The notes under the pieces are model-generated. The model made no database searches. It saw only the letters and a list, made by a program, of their open reading frames with translations, and was not told the origin of the DNA. This document shows, one piece after another, positions 51,483-63,345 of a stretch of 64,000 nucleotides of DNA. Source of the DNA: Pseudovirgaria hyperparasitica (taxonomy: Eukaryota). The stretch lies in assembly GCA_010093815.1 (NCBI GenBank), contig ML996584.1; one strand, given 5' to 3'. How positions within the stretch are numbered: the stretch's first letter is position 1; each line of letters opens with the position of its first letter. A program made the position numbers and the translations under genes.

Positions 51483-54400
51483 ATGGCATCTAAAATCGGA
51501 TCCCACTTGGCCACTTGTTCCAATCCACTGCCTCCCAATACAGCCTCCGGAAAAGATTCTATAGCACCACCCGGGTTAAAAGTAGCAGGCCTTTCGACCG
51601 ATGCATCTAAACAAAAACCGAAACGGAGGAGTCTGAACATTTTTCCACGTCGAGGTAGCTATAACGACAGCGATCACAACACAACACCAACAAGATCCCT
51701 TACAATGAACCAGTCAGGCCCCAAATTGAAAAGATGGAGGCTTGGGAGGAAGAGCACCGACGACCACTACTCAAATAACCAAAGGAGTTCAGGTTCCAAG
51801 GAGACCATCATACACGCTGTACCGACCAGTGATGTTCCATCAAGGCCTACCAGGACGCCTTACCAGTCTGTAGAAAGACTACCTCTACCGGCACCCGACA
51901 CCGAACACAAACCTCTCCCTCCTGTACCAATCACCCACTCACCATCCCCTTCGCCGGGCCTCAGGACGTTCTACCAAACCGGATCAGTCAACTCATCATC
52001 GGTTTCATTGACTCACGTTGATCAGTCCAGGATGTCTATCAGTCGGAAAGCTAGAAGGAAGGAGGAGGTCATCGGCGTATACAAGAACGGGAAGGTCAAG
52101 TGGAATTCAGAGCCACATATACCTTTCGTGCAGCGGCCACAGGATGCTTTCGAGAGGAGACCCGATGGTCATCACACCTGGTCACATCCCTCATCACCGG
52201 CATCGAAGAGATCGAGCCGTCCCAAAATCCAAGTAATCATCCCAAGTGACCAGAGGCAACAACAATTCCCATGTCTGTATCATACAAAGGCACCGATTCA
52301 ATCTGCGAAAGCTGAGTTCTTGCACTCTTCGGGATCTGGACGCACCATGCCAGTGCCATTCGAGTCCGAGTCGGTGCCACCTGTTCCACCCATGCCTCAG
52401 AGCAGATCTGTCAGGCCATCCACTCAAACGTCAGTGTACTTGGAGAAGATGGAACACGTATTGAAACCAAATCACCAAAGATCAGAAAGTCGACCATCGG
52501 ACTGCTCGGACTCCTCGTCCAATGCGAGCCATTCCTCAGTCTATAGTAGTCAGTCTTCTATGACAAGTATTGAGGATGAGGAGACCAAGGCCGTGTGGAC
52601 ACCACCAAACGATATGCTGATCAGTCTTCACGAGAGACCTGATAGTATAGGAGGTTTCTCCATCCAGTCACCTGTAGGCGCAGGCATTTTCGACCAGACA
52701 AACACCGAATCGGGGTATGACGCAGTAAAGCCCAAGCGACCAGCCAGCCCAAATAGGCAAGTACAAGTGGCAGTGCCTTCACTTCGGCTTGTCTCGCAGC
52801 AGGTGCAGGGAAAGCCATCGATGAAATCGCTGCGTCAACCTTCTGGCATAATACGTCGCTCATCCTCCAGGAGCACGAACACGAATAGTAAACGATTGTC
52901 CTCGTCAGCTGTGCGTCTAGACCTTATTGGCGCCATCTTCAACCATGAAAGGCTGTGTGCTCCCAGTCCAACCTTGAGCGAGGCTGCCCATGACCTTAGG
53001 GAACACCTCTCTTCCATCACCGACTCTTCTCCATTCCAGTGGGACGAGTGGATTGCTTCGTACGAAGGACGGACCTGTATCGATGACGAGCAATCTCCTG
53101 TGCGCCTTTCGACCACCGTCGAGGAAGACGAAGACGAAGAGCCGTCCGCGTCACCAGGTCCCCCACCTGCATTGCCTAAACGCTCCTCTAAGCGACTAAC
53201 TGTCGCCTCACCTCATAAGTCGACCAGTAATGCTGACCCCGAAACATCGAATTCCGCAGAACGTACAAACAGTTCTTCTCCATACTCCTCGTCATCTTCT
53301 GGATCTCCTAAATCTCGCTGTTCTCAAACGAGCAGAAAGAGTCTGGCTCTGCGTCTGCGTATTCCCTGTAACAAGTCACCCATGCCTCAAGAGATCAGAC
53401 CACTACCACCTGCCACGGTCGACGCGGTTCAAGATGATGGTACGGCAGAGGAGGCCCGCTTACAGCGTGAACGTGATATTTCAGCTGAACAGGCTGAAGC
53501 TGTGATCCTACGAATTTTCGAGTCTCTTAATAGTATCAAGGACCTCTATGCAACAGCTGCCCTGAACCAGGGGTTTCGCCGGATATTCAAAGACCATGAA
53601 ATGCACCTTCTACGGACCGTCCTGAAGAACTCGTCGCCGCCAGCTTGGGAGCACAGGGAGTTATGCCCACCTCCACGACTTGATTCTGATAGTGCTGTTC
53701 CAGTACCAGAGCATACTCCTCAATCTTACCTAAGGGGCCATCGCTCTGATTACCACACCGTCTCTGCTCTCAAAGCATCAATCTTAGAACGCTGCCAGTC
53801 CTTTCTGCGTCCTGCAACCGTGAGCGCATTGAAAAGCAAGGTCGCAACAGAGTCATCTGATGTTGACGATGCCCTTTGGCGTCTCTGGACATTCTGCAAG
53901 ATCTTCGGTTCTGATAAAGGCCGTGAAGAAGATGTCGCTGCTCAGATGGATTGGCTTGATGGAGGTATCGTCTTCCACCAGAAGACCTGTGACGCTACCT
54001 TGACTGCGAACGCTTTTGATGTCGGTGGTGTACTTGGTAATGCCCCTGACACCTTTGCCATGGGTAATGTTGGCGGCCTATCAGCCGAGCAACTACTTGA
54101 TATGACTGAAATGTGGAATTGTCTGTCAGTCCTTCTGCAAGGCATACTTGGTCACACTGAAGAGGCACATCAGCACGGTATTTATGACAGCACCGGCGTA
54201 CGCGAAGGCGATGTTGATGGAGAGGAGCACATGCTCGAGGAATGGCAATATTACCTCCTGACCCTTGGGCTTGACACCATTCTAGAAGTTGGCACAACGA
54301 AGCCTGACTCCTTGTTCGCCATCGCATCTATGAAAGGATGGACAACTTGGTCCCCACCTGCGAACGGTGGAAGTAGAGCAACATTCATAAAAGAGGCACT

Positions 54401-55208
54401 CGCCCGCACATACGAGAAGCGGATCACCACCGTTGTCCCTGCCGTCCAACAAGAAGCTAAAGAGCAAAAAAAAGAAGCCCACAAAGCGCACATCGCAAAC
54501 CTACAGAGCGAGATTCGACATCGCAAGCAATTAGGCGACACGCGCCAGGTCACAATGAGCATGGAGCGCCCCATGTCCGAATGGGAGAGCATGGTTGACC
54601 ACCTCATAGCACAGAGTCCCTCCATCATGGACTCACCAACACTGGGTCGAAACATCCCCCCGGTTCCCTCTCTTCCATTCAAATTCGACAAAGCAGCCAA
54701 GCGGGCCTCCAAAGCCGCTGCCCATCCTCTCAAGCAAGTTAACAAGCCATCATATCCAGCTCTGTCCTCGGTTACACCCCAACCACCCAAAGACAACCTC
54801 TTCCACCAACAGCTGCCTTTTCGTCAATCTAATTCAACACCGGTGACCCAAACATCCCGCGGGCAAATCCATAGCCACCCCGTTATGACCAATGGCGCCG
54901 CAAGATCCTCGACAAGCTTCTCCCGCCCGTTGAGTACTCGCCCGGATCTTCCCGTCCTTCAAATCCATACCGACCACAACCCCCTTCGTCGACCAACGAT
55001 GCAAAAACGCGTTTCCAACCAACATCCTCTGCAGCGCGATATTGCAAGCAGAGACCCAGCCACGAACACAGCCGATAAGGCAATTTATCGGATCGTGGAG
55101 ATGGGATTCACAGCAGAGCAGGCAAAACATGCGTTGAAGGTGACGGATATGGGAGATGGGTTGCGGATCGATCGCGCGGTAGAGTTGTTGCTAAGAGAGA
55201 GTAAGTGA
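51483..55208 (+). CDS. Large protein with Ser/Pro-rich disordered N-half, F-box-like segment and C-terminal UBA domain
   Basis: 1241-aa ORF. EAVILRIFESLNSIKDLYATAALNQGFRRIF is F-box-like; IVEMGFTAEQAKHALK......IDRAVELLL is UBA. Confidence 0.8.
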   Translation: MASKIGSHLATCSNPLPPNTASGKDSIAPPGLKVAGLSTDASKQKPKRRSLNIFPRRGSYNDSDHNTTPTRSLTMNQSGPKLKRWRLGRKSTDDHYSNNQRSSGSKETIIHAVPTSDVPSRPTRTPYQSVERLPLPAPDTEHKPLPPVPITHSPSPSPGLRTFYQTGSVNSSSVSLTHVDQSRMSISRKARRKEEVIGVYKNGKVKWNSEPHIPFVQRPQDAFERRPDGHHTWSHPSSPASKRSSRPKIQVIIPSDQRQQQFPCLYHTKAPIQSAKAEFLHSSGSGRTMPVPFESESVPPVPPMPQSRSVRPSTQTSVYLEKMEHVLKPNHQRSESRPSDCSDSSSNASHSSVYSSQSSMTSIEDEETKAVWTPPNDMLISLHERPDSIGGFSIQSPVGAGIFDQTNTESGYDAVKPKRPASPNRQVQVAVPSLRLVSQQVQGKPSMKSLRQPSGIIRRSSSRSTNTNSKRLSSSAVRLDLIGAIFNHERLCAPSPTLSEAAHDLREHLSSITDSSPFQWDEWIASYEGRTCIDDEQSPVRLSTTVEEDEDEEPSASPGPPPALPKRSSKRLTVASPHKSTSNADPETSNSAERTNSSSPYSSSSSGSPKSRCSQTSRKSLALRLRIPCNKSPMPQEIRPLPPATVDAVQDDGTAEEARLQRERDISAEQAEAVILRIFESLNSIKDLYATAALNQGFRRIFKDHEMHLLRTVLKNSSPPAWEHRELCPPPRLDSDSAVPVPEHTPQSYLRGHRSDYHTVSALKASILERCQSFLRPATVSALKSKVATESSDVDDALWRLWTFCKIFGSDKGREEDVAAQMDWLDGGIVFHQKTCDATLTANAFDVGGVLGNAPDTFAMGNVGGLSAEQLLDMTEMWNCLSVLLQGILGHTEEAHQHGIYDSTGVREGDVDGEEHMLEEWQYYLLTLGLDTILEVGTTKPDSLFAIASMKGWTTWSPPANGGSRATFIKEALARTYEKRITTVVPAVQQEAKEQKKEAHKAHIANLQSEIRHRKQLGDTRQVTMSMERPMSEWESMVDHLIAQSPSIMDSPTLGRNIPPVPSLPFKFDKAAKRASKAAAHPLKQVNKPSYPALSSVTPQPPKDNLFHQQLPFRQSNSTPVTQTSRGQIHSHPVMTNGAARSSTSFSRPLSTRPDLPVLQIHTDHNPLRRPTMQKRVSNQHPLQRDIASRDPATNTADKAIYRIVEMGFTAEQAKHALKVTDMGDGLRIDRAVELLLRESK

Positions 55209-55782
55209 CGATGCCGACTTAAGAATGAGGGTGTGCCCAGGAGAGGGCGAGATGTAATATTGTGTGCCCAGTTGTCTTCTCAGCGGTTTGGTTTCGGCGT
55301 CCAGGGCTTGACCACGATATATCCCTTCTTTTGACTTGATATTGTGCCATCTCCTATGTTCGAGAGCGGAGATACCCGTGCTACCAGTCGTAGTCTTTCA
55401 TAATTTTTTGATTTGTTTTAGGAATGAACAGAAATGTGAATACACAACGCATCGATGCTACAAACACTCTGCTTAAGATGCCCATGAGATTATAACCAGA
55501 TATAGTTTGTTGGTCGAAGTTTAAAGAGTTGGGTATCTATCGCATTCGCTATGCAACCAAACCACTCTATCAACTGTGACACATATGCATATATATATAC
55601 AAGCCTAGGTCGCCTCTTTTCCTTTTATACATGCATCGCACGGTGTGCTATCTATCTTACAGAAATGCCGAATCGACAAAAACTCCAGCGCTATGCAATG
55701 TCAAAGAAATTGACGACGGACCGTCTGTCTTTCCTCTTCGCCACAACATCTGCGACGGCAACAGGACGCGTCTCCTGAAGGC

Positions 55783-57510
55783 TCACTCAGGCTTCTTGAC
55801 TCCCTTATGCCCGGCTCCCGCACTGCCAGGCCACTTTCCAAACATATCATCATGGCCCTGTCCGAGGCCGGCCGCCGGCGCCGCCCCCTTGCGCGCCCGC
55901 TCCGTCTCTCTCAACCGTCTCTCCCAGCCCCTGACATTGCGCTCCTTCTCCTTTGCAATCTCGATACTGCGCGGCGTTGTACCGGCGCCAAGCTCGGTCC
56001 GGCTGAGCGCAATGCGCCGCCCGTGCTCGCCGTACATGCTGACGCGCTGCACCTTGCGCAGTTTCTGGATGCCCCACACGCACACGACGATGCCGCAGAC
56101 GGTGCACCAGAGACTGACGCCGGGGAAGCCGAGGTCTGATTCCTCGATGAAGTTTTTCAGATTCATGCCGTACAGCGCGGCGACGAACGTGCCGGCGGTG
56201 ATGCCGAGGGTGAAGACGGAGAAGCGGAGGTCGAGCAGCATGAGCGAGTTGCGGTTTGCGTCGAGGATGGCCTTGACGATCTCTTCGGTGTTGCGGATGT
56301 TGGAGACCAGGTTCTCGGCTGCTTGGACGATTTCGTCGGCGACTTTGTGGTACGATTCGAGCAGCATCTCGATGTCGGTATGGTCGTCGTCTTCCTCGCG
56401 CTGCACACCCTGCGATTTCTCGGTGAGGTACATGGAGGACAGGTCATCGTCGGCTTCGAGGATCTCGGTCAAGGCGTCGCGGACCAGGCGGGCTCTTTGC
56501 TCGAAGGTGCCGAGCTTCTTGGAGTACATGAGCAGATAGCGTAGTTTATCGCGGTCGATGTCTTCTTCCAGATCGCGCAGCACTCGCACGACAGGTTGGC
56601 TGACGCCTTCGAATTCGCTCTCGAGGCTGTTTGTAACAGAGAGAAGGCAGGCTTCGAGGGCGCGGAACTCATAGGCTAACGTCCCATTTTGAGGTGATTC
56701 CTTTTGTCGCAGCTTTTGGTCTATGTCGTACATGAAAGAGGATTGGTTGTAGGAGTCAGTTGTGCCGTATGCATCGAATACTAGGACGCGGTCATGTTTT
56801 ATAAGAACGCGGAGGTGGAGCAGGTTTAAGAGGATGGCAGACGGTCGAATGAGGACGTGAGGGAGAAGGGAGGAATCGATTTTTCGCAGATCGCGTGGTA
56901 ACAATCCGTACTATAGTTTTCGTGAGCTTCAAATTGCTGGGGCCTTTGGTCGTAGTCTTACCTTTGCGATCAAATCGGTCTTTTTGAACTCTCCGTTGAC
57001 CAATGTAACATTCCCATGTTCGTCAAATTCTGTGCATCGCAGTCTCTGGTCATTCGTCGCCCGTAACCTTCGTCTGAGCGCATCGTTGCTGTCGTCGAGG
57101 AAAGCCGGGAGCGGCGAGTGTCCAGCGGTATGAGGGTCGTGGGAGCAGTCATTATCCTTTACCCAGAAAAGCCGACGTAGTTTTGAGAGTCGTAGATTGA
57201 AGAAGTGGCGGCGTTGACAAGATAGCAGTATACCCGGCTTTCTACATCCTGTAATGCGCTGTCGCAGAGTATATTGGCTCTCTTTATGGTGAACTGCTGG
57301 ATCTGAAACCGGTCCTAGGGAAGGCCTGCATGTAGCATGAACGGAGATGTTACGACATCCGTTGATTCTCAGGGTCCGCTGCTGGAAAGCAGCATTGTAG
57401 AACCGGCCGCTTGCTAATGTAGTCGACTCGAAATGGGCTTCGGTCTGCGCCCGTAGAAAGTGTAAAAGGGAAGGGGAAGGCGAAGCTCGAGGTACCGATG
57501 TTGGCTTCAT
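55783..57510 (-). CDS. LPE10: Mitochondrial Mg2+ channel, CorA/MRS2-LPE10 family
   Basis: Presequence; LRCTEFD..GNV, YGLLPRDLRKID, YEFRALEA, EMLLESY, LDANRNSLM, ALYGMNL; intron ~56961-56911. Confidence 0.9.
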
Positions 57511-57784
57511 TTCTCTGCTCGAAAAATACTGTAGCTGGAATACCAAGCCATGAATTACGAGCACAGATGGACGCAACGCAACGCGGATGGAAATACTTGA
57601 GACGCGGTGTTGCGACGAATCCATTGCTCCAAATTATTTTCTCAAACGCCGACGTCACATGACGGTTTAGCACGGCCGTATTTCGAGATTCTTCAATTGC
57701 CGGTTCTACATGATTAACACCCGTATAAGATAGTTCGAGAAGTACAGATGACAGCGCCGCTTGCGCTACTCACAGTCAACCTAG

Positions 57785-58522
57785 ATGAGTCTTACCAGTC
57801 GACCGCCAACCCTGCGCATTCATGCACCAACGCCTACAACGGTCTCGTACACAGTCTCCACTCGACCGTACCCAGATACTTTCCCCCTGCTCCTCCTGCA
57901 CCACACCAAGCTTCTCATACGCATTATCTGTGGGCTCCTAATCTCGGTCCTCCTCTTTGCGAAATGGCGCCTCACCTTTCCGCTCCCAGAGGCGCAACAA
58001 AGTGATATCGAGAGCTTGGTACTCAGCGGAGCTATAGGCACTTTTGCATTCAAGATAGCGCAAGCAATAGATTGGCGAGTGTTAGGACCAGCTTGCTTAG
58101 CTGTGGGAATGGGTGTCCTGACGCGGGGTTATACTGGTATGATGGAACGTGAAAGAGCAAGGCGCTCAATGTTGATATCCGTACAGAAGAATCATTACTG
58201 GTTTTGCGTGGATTGGGTATTCAGACCTCCAGCTCGTCCGCGACTTACCTGTCATCCTCAGTGACCCGTTTTATACCCACTACAAGTATCCAAGACATCT
58301 TCATACATGAGGCATTCAAGGGATTCCAGGTCAGGTTCTATCTTGCCGTAGTTGTAAGTGGGGAGGAGGACGTGGTCGTCGTATTTCCGGTATGCGCACG
58401 AGAAGTGTACATAGCGTTTCTATGCTGACTGGTTATAGAAATTACTCCCCCGAAGACAAATTCTAGAGGAAGTATGGAGAGGCACACGAAAATGCTTACA
58501 CGAGCCACCCGCCGACAAGTAG
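57785..58522 (+). CDS. GPI15: GPI-GlcNAc transferase subunit H (PIG-H/Gpi15)
   Basis: PTPTTVSYTVST, two TMs, EESLLVLRGLGIQTSS, DIFIHEAFKGFQVRFYL.VVV, VVFPKLLPRR.ILEEVWRG; two introns. Confidence 0.88.
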
Positions 58523-58622
58523 CTTAGAACATATCATGACTTTCGAGCATGCCACTGGACTGTTGCTATGCCCGTCTCCTACGATGTCATCTTCTAACTC
58601 GGCTCTGGAGGGTAGAACCGAG

Positions 58623-60498
58623 TTATTCTTCGGCTGTATCCTCGGCTGGTTTACCATAGATCCTCTTCCCAGTCAGAATTCTCCTCTCTCGGTACTTTGC
58701 ATTTTGGACCTCTACGCTTTCCTGCCTGACCTTATCCATCACAGGCGTATATGTACCGATCTTCTTTGCAAAATCGCCACCATCAAAGATCAAGGTAGTC
58801 CTGCGACGTTGAGTGTCATTGCCACCGGTCGCGGTATCGTATGGAGCATTTGCAACTACAGTTGCCCCTTTATCTAGCAATTGCGCCGCTAATATCTCGT
58901 CCATTTTCGATCTACGCCAAACCTTCCAAAGATCTTCGACTATACCTCCAGATCCCCATTTGCCTCTAGAGTCAGTTGCATTCACGGCTGACTGGTTGTT
59001 CATATGTATCCACTCTAGTGAATCTTCATGGGCTTGCTCGGAATGTTCTCTATTACCACTTTCCTGCTCACTTTCTAGTGGCGCAGGGAAGATACAGTCC
59101 CATAGTACAAGCGGAGCATCAGGTGCCATTTCGTAACTTGGTTTGCGTGGATTAACCGTGATGTCCAGCAGTTGTGGTACCAGATCTGGCGTCTCTATAC
59201 CCTGTCCGATGAGGAACAAAATGGAAGCGATATGTCTAATCTGATGCCAAAGAAAGGCGGAGCCATGCACAACAATTGCGTATAGCTTAGGCGTGTCCGC
59301 ATGCGCAGAAGGGCCTTGAACATAGCTAGGATCGGGTAACGAACCTATCTCCTCAATGTCTGCGTGGAAAATCCGGCGCTTCCAGTTTGTTATTTGCTTG
59401 GAAGCATCAATCTTACATAGATTGCGGAAGTCATGACACCCGACCAGATGGTGTGCGGCTTCACGCATCGCAGAAATAGACAGATGTCCATGCATAGGAC
59501 GAGAGGAATCAGCAGTTCCACCTGGGATTGGGTTATACGCAGGCTGTGTGAAGAAGTACTTGTAACGTCTTTCGCGGCAGTGGAATCGGGCAGAGAAGTT
59601 AAGAGGTGGGTTTGGGCACCACGCAAGTATGCGAACGTCGGGAGGAAGCACCCGGTTCAACATCTGAACGTAAGGGATCTCGTCCCCGACGGGGTCGAAG
59701 GGTATTTCGGGTTCTACGTTGTCGTTTGTCTGCAAGTCCTGCTGTTGTAGATTTGTTTGAGAAGAAGATTCGGTAATACCGGTGTTGACACCCTTATCTT
59801 TTTCCATAGGTCTGTTGCTCCTCACTCTGATACCGATCACCTGCCCAAAGGCGCTTACTCCTTTGTCTGTTCTTCCACACTTCGAATACTCGCAGCCGTC
59901 CCAATTCACATCTACTTCGTACCGTCCAGGCGTGGACTGCGGCGTAGATGCCCCATCTCGTTTTTGCGGGCATATTAGCTTCGTTTTAATAAGTGCTTGC
60001 CATAGCACCTCCTCGATTGTGGGTAGGGGCGTATCATTGCCCGTATGATGCTCGTACCCATTATACCGCTGCCCCAGGTAAGCAAACTTCAATGCAATGA
60101 GCCTTGTGTTGTAGCGTGATGGGTCGAAAGTGTTTGGTTTAGATTTAATCTTCTTATATTGTCGCTCAATTTTTGAGGGTTTCTTTGAATCTCTTGCACG
60201 CCTGGGATTGTAGCTGCTGGTGTCATTAATGTATCGTGTGGTGAAGAATGACTGCTTACGCTTCAGCCTGTGCCTTAAGTTTCTGCTCTAGTTCAACGAC
60301 TCGGTCAACTAGCTGCGTATGTGACCACGATTGGTAGTCGTTATCGACGTTCGGTGTGGAGTTTTGCGGAGATGTTTCAGTCATTGTAGATGCCCACCGG
60401 TAACCAAAAACTTTCGGGCCGTCAGAGAATATACCAGCTGTCTTGCAGGTCTTGATGCTCCAGAGACCTAGGCGAACGAGCTCCAATCGTTGTCGCAT
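58623..60498 (-). CDS. PUS3: tRNA pseudouridine(38/39) synthase (TruA family)
   Basis: IALKFAYLGQRYNG, YSKCGRTDKGVSA, FSARFHCRERRYKY, HDFRNLCKID, GSAFLWHQIR; one intron; second in-frame ATG at 60384. Confidence 0.92.
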
Positions 60499-60861
60499 GC
60501 GCCCTCACGTACCATGACGCGATGGCACGAATCTGAAAATTTGGTACTTAGCTGCCTAAAATAGAAGTTAAGTCAGGGATCCACTATGGTTAAGCGGGGA
60601 CCAGGAACACCCGCCCCGCCGTAGGACGAGCGAAGCGTCATTTCGATATACCTTCATAAGCCTTCGAAACCCTCAATTGGTCGTTGTTCCGGTCCTTCCG
60701 GGTCTCATAAGTCTAGTATACGACCTGAAGAAGCTTCCAACCATTCCTTTGAAACCAGCTTTCTCTCAGCGTTTCACGCCGCACGAGTGCCAATCGCTTC
60801 CGCTTCGTCAAACTTCACACGCAGCCTCATAAGCTCAAACCTATCTCTCTCATTCACCAAT

Positions 60862-61448
60862 ATGCCTCTCATGTCCGAAAATACGCCCCTCTTCTCAGCC
60901 GACCTCGTTTCACAGTCCGTTGTCTCTCAGCTACCTGAAAACTACACCTGCCGCCCGCTCCAAGCATCAGACTATGAATCCGGGTTTCTCGATGTTCTCC
61001 GTGTACTGACAACTGTCGGTGACATCTCCGAAGACAAGTTCTTGGAACAATTTGATTGGATGCAAAAGAGAGGCGACTATTATATCCTGGTCATTTGCGA
61101 TGGGGACAAGAAGGTAGTGGGCACCGGAGCGTTGATGGTGGAAAGGAAGTTCATCCATACTCTCGGTAGTGTGGGTCATATTGAAGATATTGCTGTCGCC
61201 AAAGATCAACAAGGGAAGAAGCTGGGACTCCGTATCATTCAGGCATTGGACTACGTGGCGGAGAAAGTGGGATGCTATAAGGTATGCTACTTTGAGGCTT
61301 TGGAGCCGAGTAACACTGCTAATTTGTCTTGTTTCAGTGCATTCTTGACTGCTCGGAAGCCAATGAAGGCTTTTACGTCAAATGTGGCTTCAAACGTGCG
61401 GGCTTACAGATGGCGCATTACTATGAACCACCAAAGCCACATGCATGA
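60862..61448 (+). CDS. GNA1: Glucosamine-6-phosphate N-acetyltransferase
   Basis: ERKFIH.LG.VGHIEDIAVAKDQQGKKLG, GCYK/CILDC...NEGFYVKCGF; intron 61282-61337. Confidence 0.95.
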
Positions 61449-61858
61449 ATCTGTGAGAACAAGAAAATTAGACCAAATATGGAGCATATATGGATATACA
61501 AATACTATAGATTTTGGGAAATATCTAGTTAGGCTGCGGAGACTAGGTAAGGCGTCGTACAATCCGAGTCCAAACCACCAATTCGATTCTCATTTCCTGT
61601 CCTACATATGCCGTTACCGTCATTCGAAATCACAGGCAACACACGTCAACAATTCAAGTGATCCATAAGAAGACTTTACCGGAAAGGACCAATTTTGACC
61701 ACTACAACTACATGAGGACATTGCCGACGCCTACTAGCTCTCGTGTAAGGATTGGTGAAAACACTGTAACGTGGGCTCGCTTCTGACGTCACCGCAAGTT
61801 CAAGGGACCTCAATCGGGTTCCGTTCGAGAACGTACACACTCCCATGTTTATAAGCTA

Positions 61859-62650
61859 TCAGTTCTTGATGCCTGCGTTCTTCGCTGCCTTCTCCGGGTG
61901 CTCAACAACCTCTTTCACTGTGGCCCCAAGGTCCTTAGCGCCGTCTTTCACAGCTTCAAGAGCATTCTCATTCTTCTTCGATTGTTGATACATTATCACG
62001 CGGGTCACTTGGGTCGCACCGGTCAAGAATAGGAAGAAGTTAACGGTCGCAAGGCTAAGATGAGTATCAGTGATCTAGTTCTTCGCACGAAGCTTTCCAT
62101 GGGATGTGAAAGGATCCCCGTATGAATGGGCGTCTTACAAGTAGTTTTGAGGTCGGATCACAAAGCACCACCTCGTCCAGATCAGACCAGTGGCCACAAG
62201 GGACGCATTCTGAGACAAAGAAAGGTTCTCTGCTGGACGGGCAAGGTCAGAAATGCCGGCAATAACTACGCCCCACTATGCTGCCATTAGCTTGCGTATT
62301 CCTCGGAGCAAATTGTTGTGTGCTTCATGTGTAATGGATTGATCGTGGGTGGATTTGCTGCCGGGGGTAAGAGAGTATGCTTGATATACCTTCATGATAG
62401 GAGCCCTGTAGAATAATCATTATTAGCTTCCGGACTCTAATTTAAAAAAAAGTGCCCGTCTTGCATACCAGAAATGTACTGTCTTTGGTCCAACAGGACT
62501 GTTCCATAGCTTTGCGAATCCACTCAGCTCCTCCTTGGGTGCTGTATCAGCCGCCGTGGATGCATTTCGGCGGGCGAACGGTTGGCGGAATTGGGTACGG
62601 AAGATTCCACGACCGGCTTGGAATAGGCGAGCGCCTGGTTTGAACGACAT
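61859..62650 (-). CDS. MPC2: Mitochondrial pyruvate carrier, MPC2 type
   Basis: WNSPVGPKTVHFW/APIMK/WGVVIAGISDLARP..LS..QN..L.ATGLIWTRWCFVI.P.NY; four exons including a 16-nt microexon at 62405-62390. Confidence 0.9.
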
Positions 62651-62884
62651 TATGGATAGCGCAATGTCAAAAGAGTGACAGGGCTAGGAAGGAAGTAGAG
62701 TGGAGAGTGGAGTAGATAGTTACGTTAGAAGCTGTTGAAGCTATATCAATTAGTTGTTGGCCCGGAGTGAAGATCCGACTCCGGACTTCGGGCCGGCGAA
62801 ATGTCGGGTGCGTCTAGACGACTTCATTGAAGTGGCTTCACAACAAGTTGAACGTAGACCTGTAGTGTCCCGCGATACCACATC

Positions 62885-63345
62885 ATGGCAACGAAATACG
62901 CATTTGGAAACACACTCAAGGAGCTGAGGTTTCTCCTCTGCCAGACATCGGATCACAGTGCAGCTGCGAGGTAGGTAGGGACGGTAGATGTCTTTCCCGT
63001 CCCGTGTACACACTGCAGAGCTAACGGACCAATTGATAGATCATTTCTCACACGCACATACCCTACCATGAAGAAGCACAATCCAAACACCCCAATCATG
63101 ATAAGAGAAGCTTCGGGCGTAGAGCCGAAAGTCTATGCGCGCTACGGTAGTCAATATCTGTCCACGATGGCGCCTCGTTTGAGCTAATTCATTGTTGCCG
63201 TAGAGTTTGGAAGAGAGAAGATGCTGCCACTTACAGGTACGCACAATGACTATGCCGCAGTTTGAATGCCGACTGACCATGCTCAGGCCTAGACGATAAG
63301 ACCATCGAGCAAAAGGTTACGGAGCTGGTCCGGTCGAACGCCTAG
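62885..63345 (+). CDS. NDUFA2: Complex I accessory subunit NDUFA2/B8 (10.5 kDa)
   Basis: Four exons: LKELRFLLCQTS.HS..AR / YPTMKKHNPNTPIMIREASGVEPKVYARY / EFGREK / GLDDK.IE.KV. Confidence 0.92.

Noticed and set aside
55631..56539. 302-aa + strand ORF
   Set aside because: Antisense shadow of the GC-rich LPE10 coding region.
62781..62796. CCGGAC-TTCG-GGCCGG UUCG-type hairpin
   Set aside because: Short and mismatched; better explained as promoter CGG motifs.
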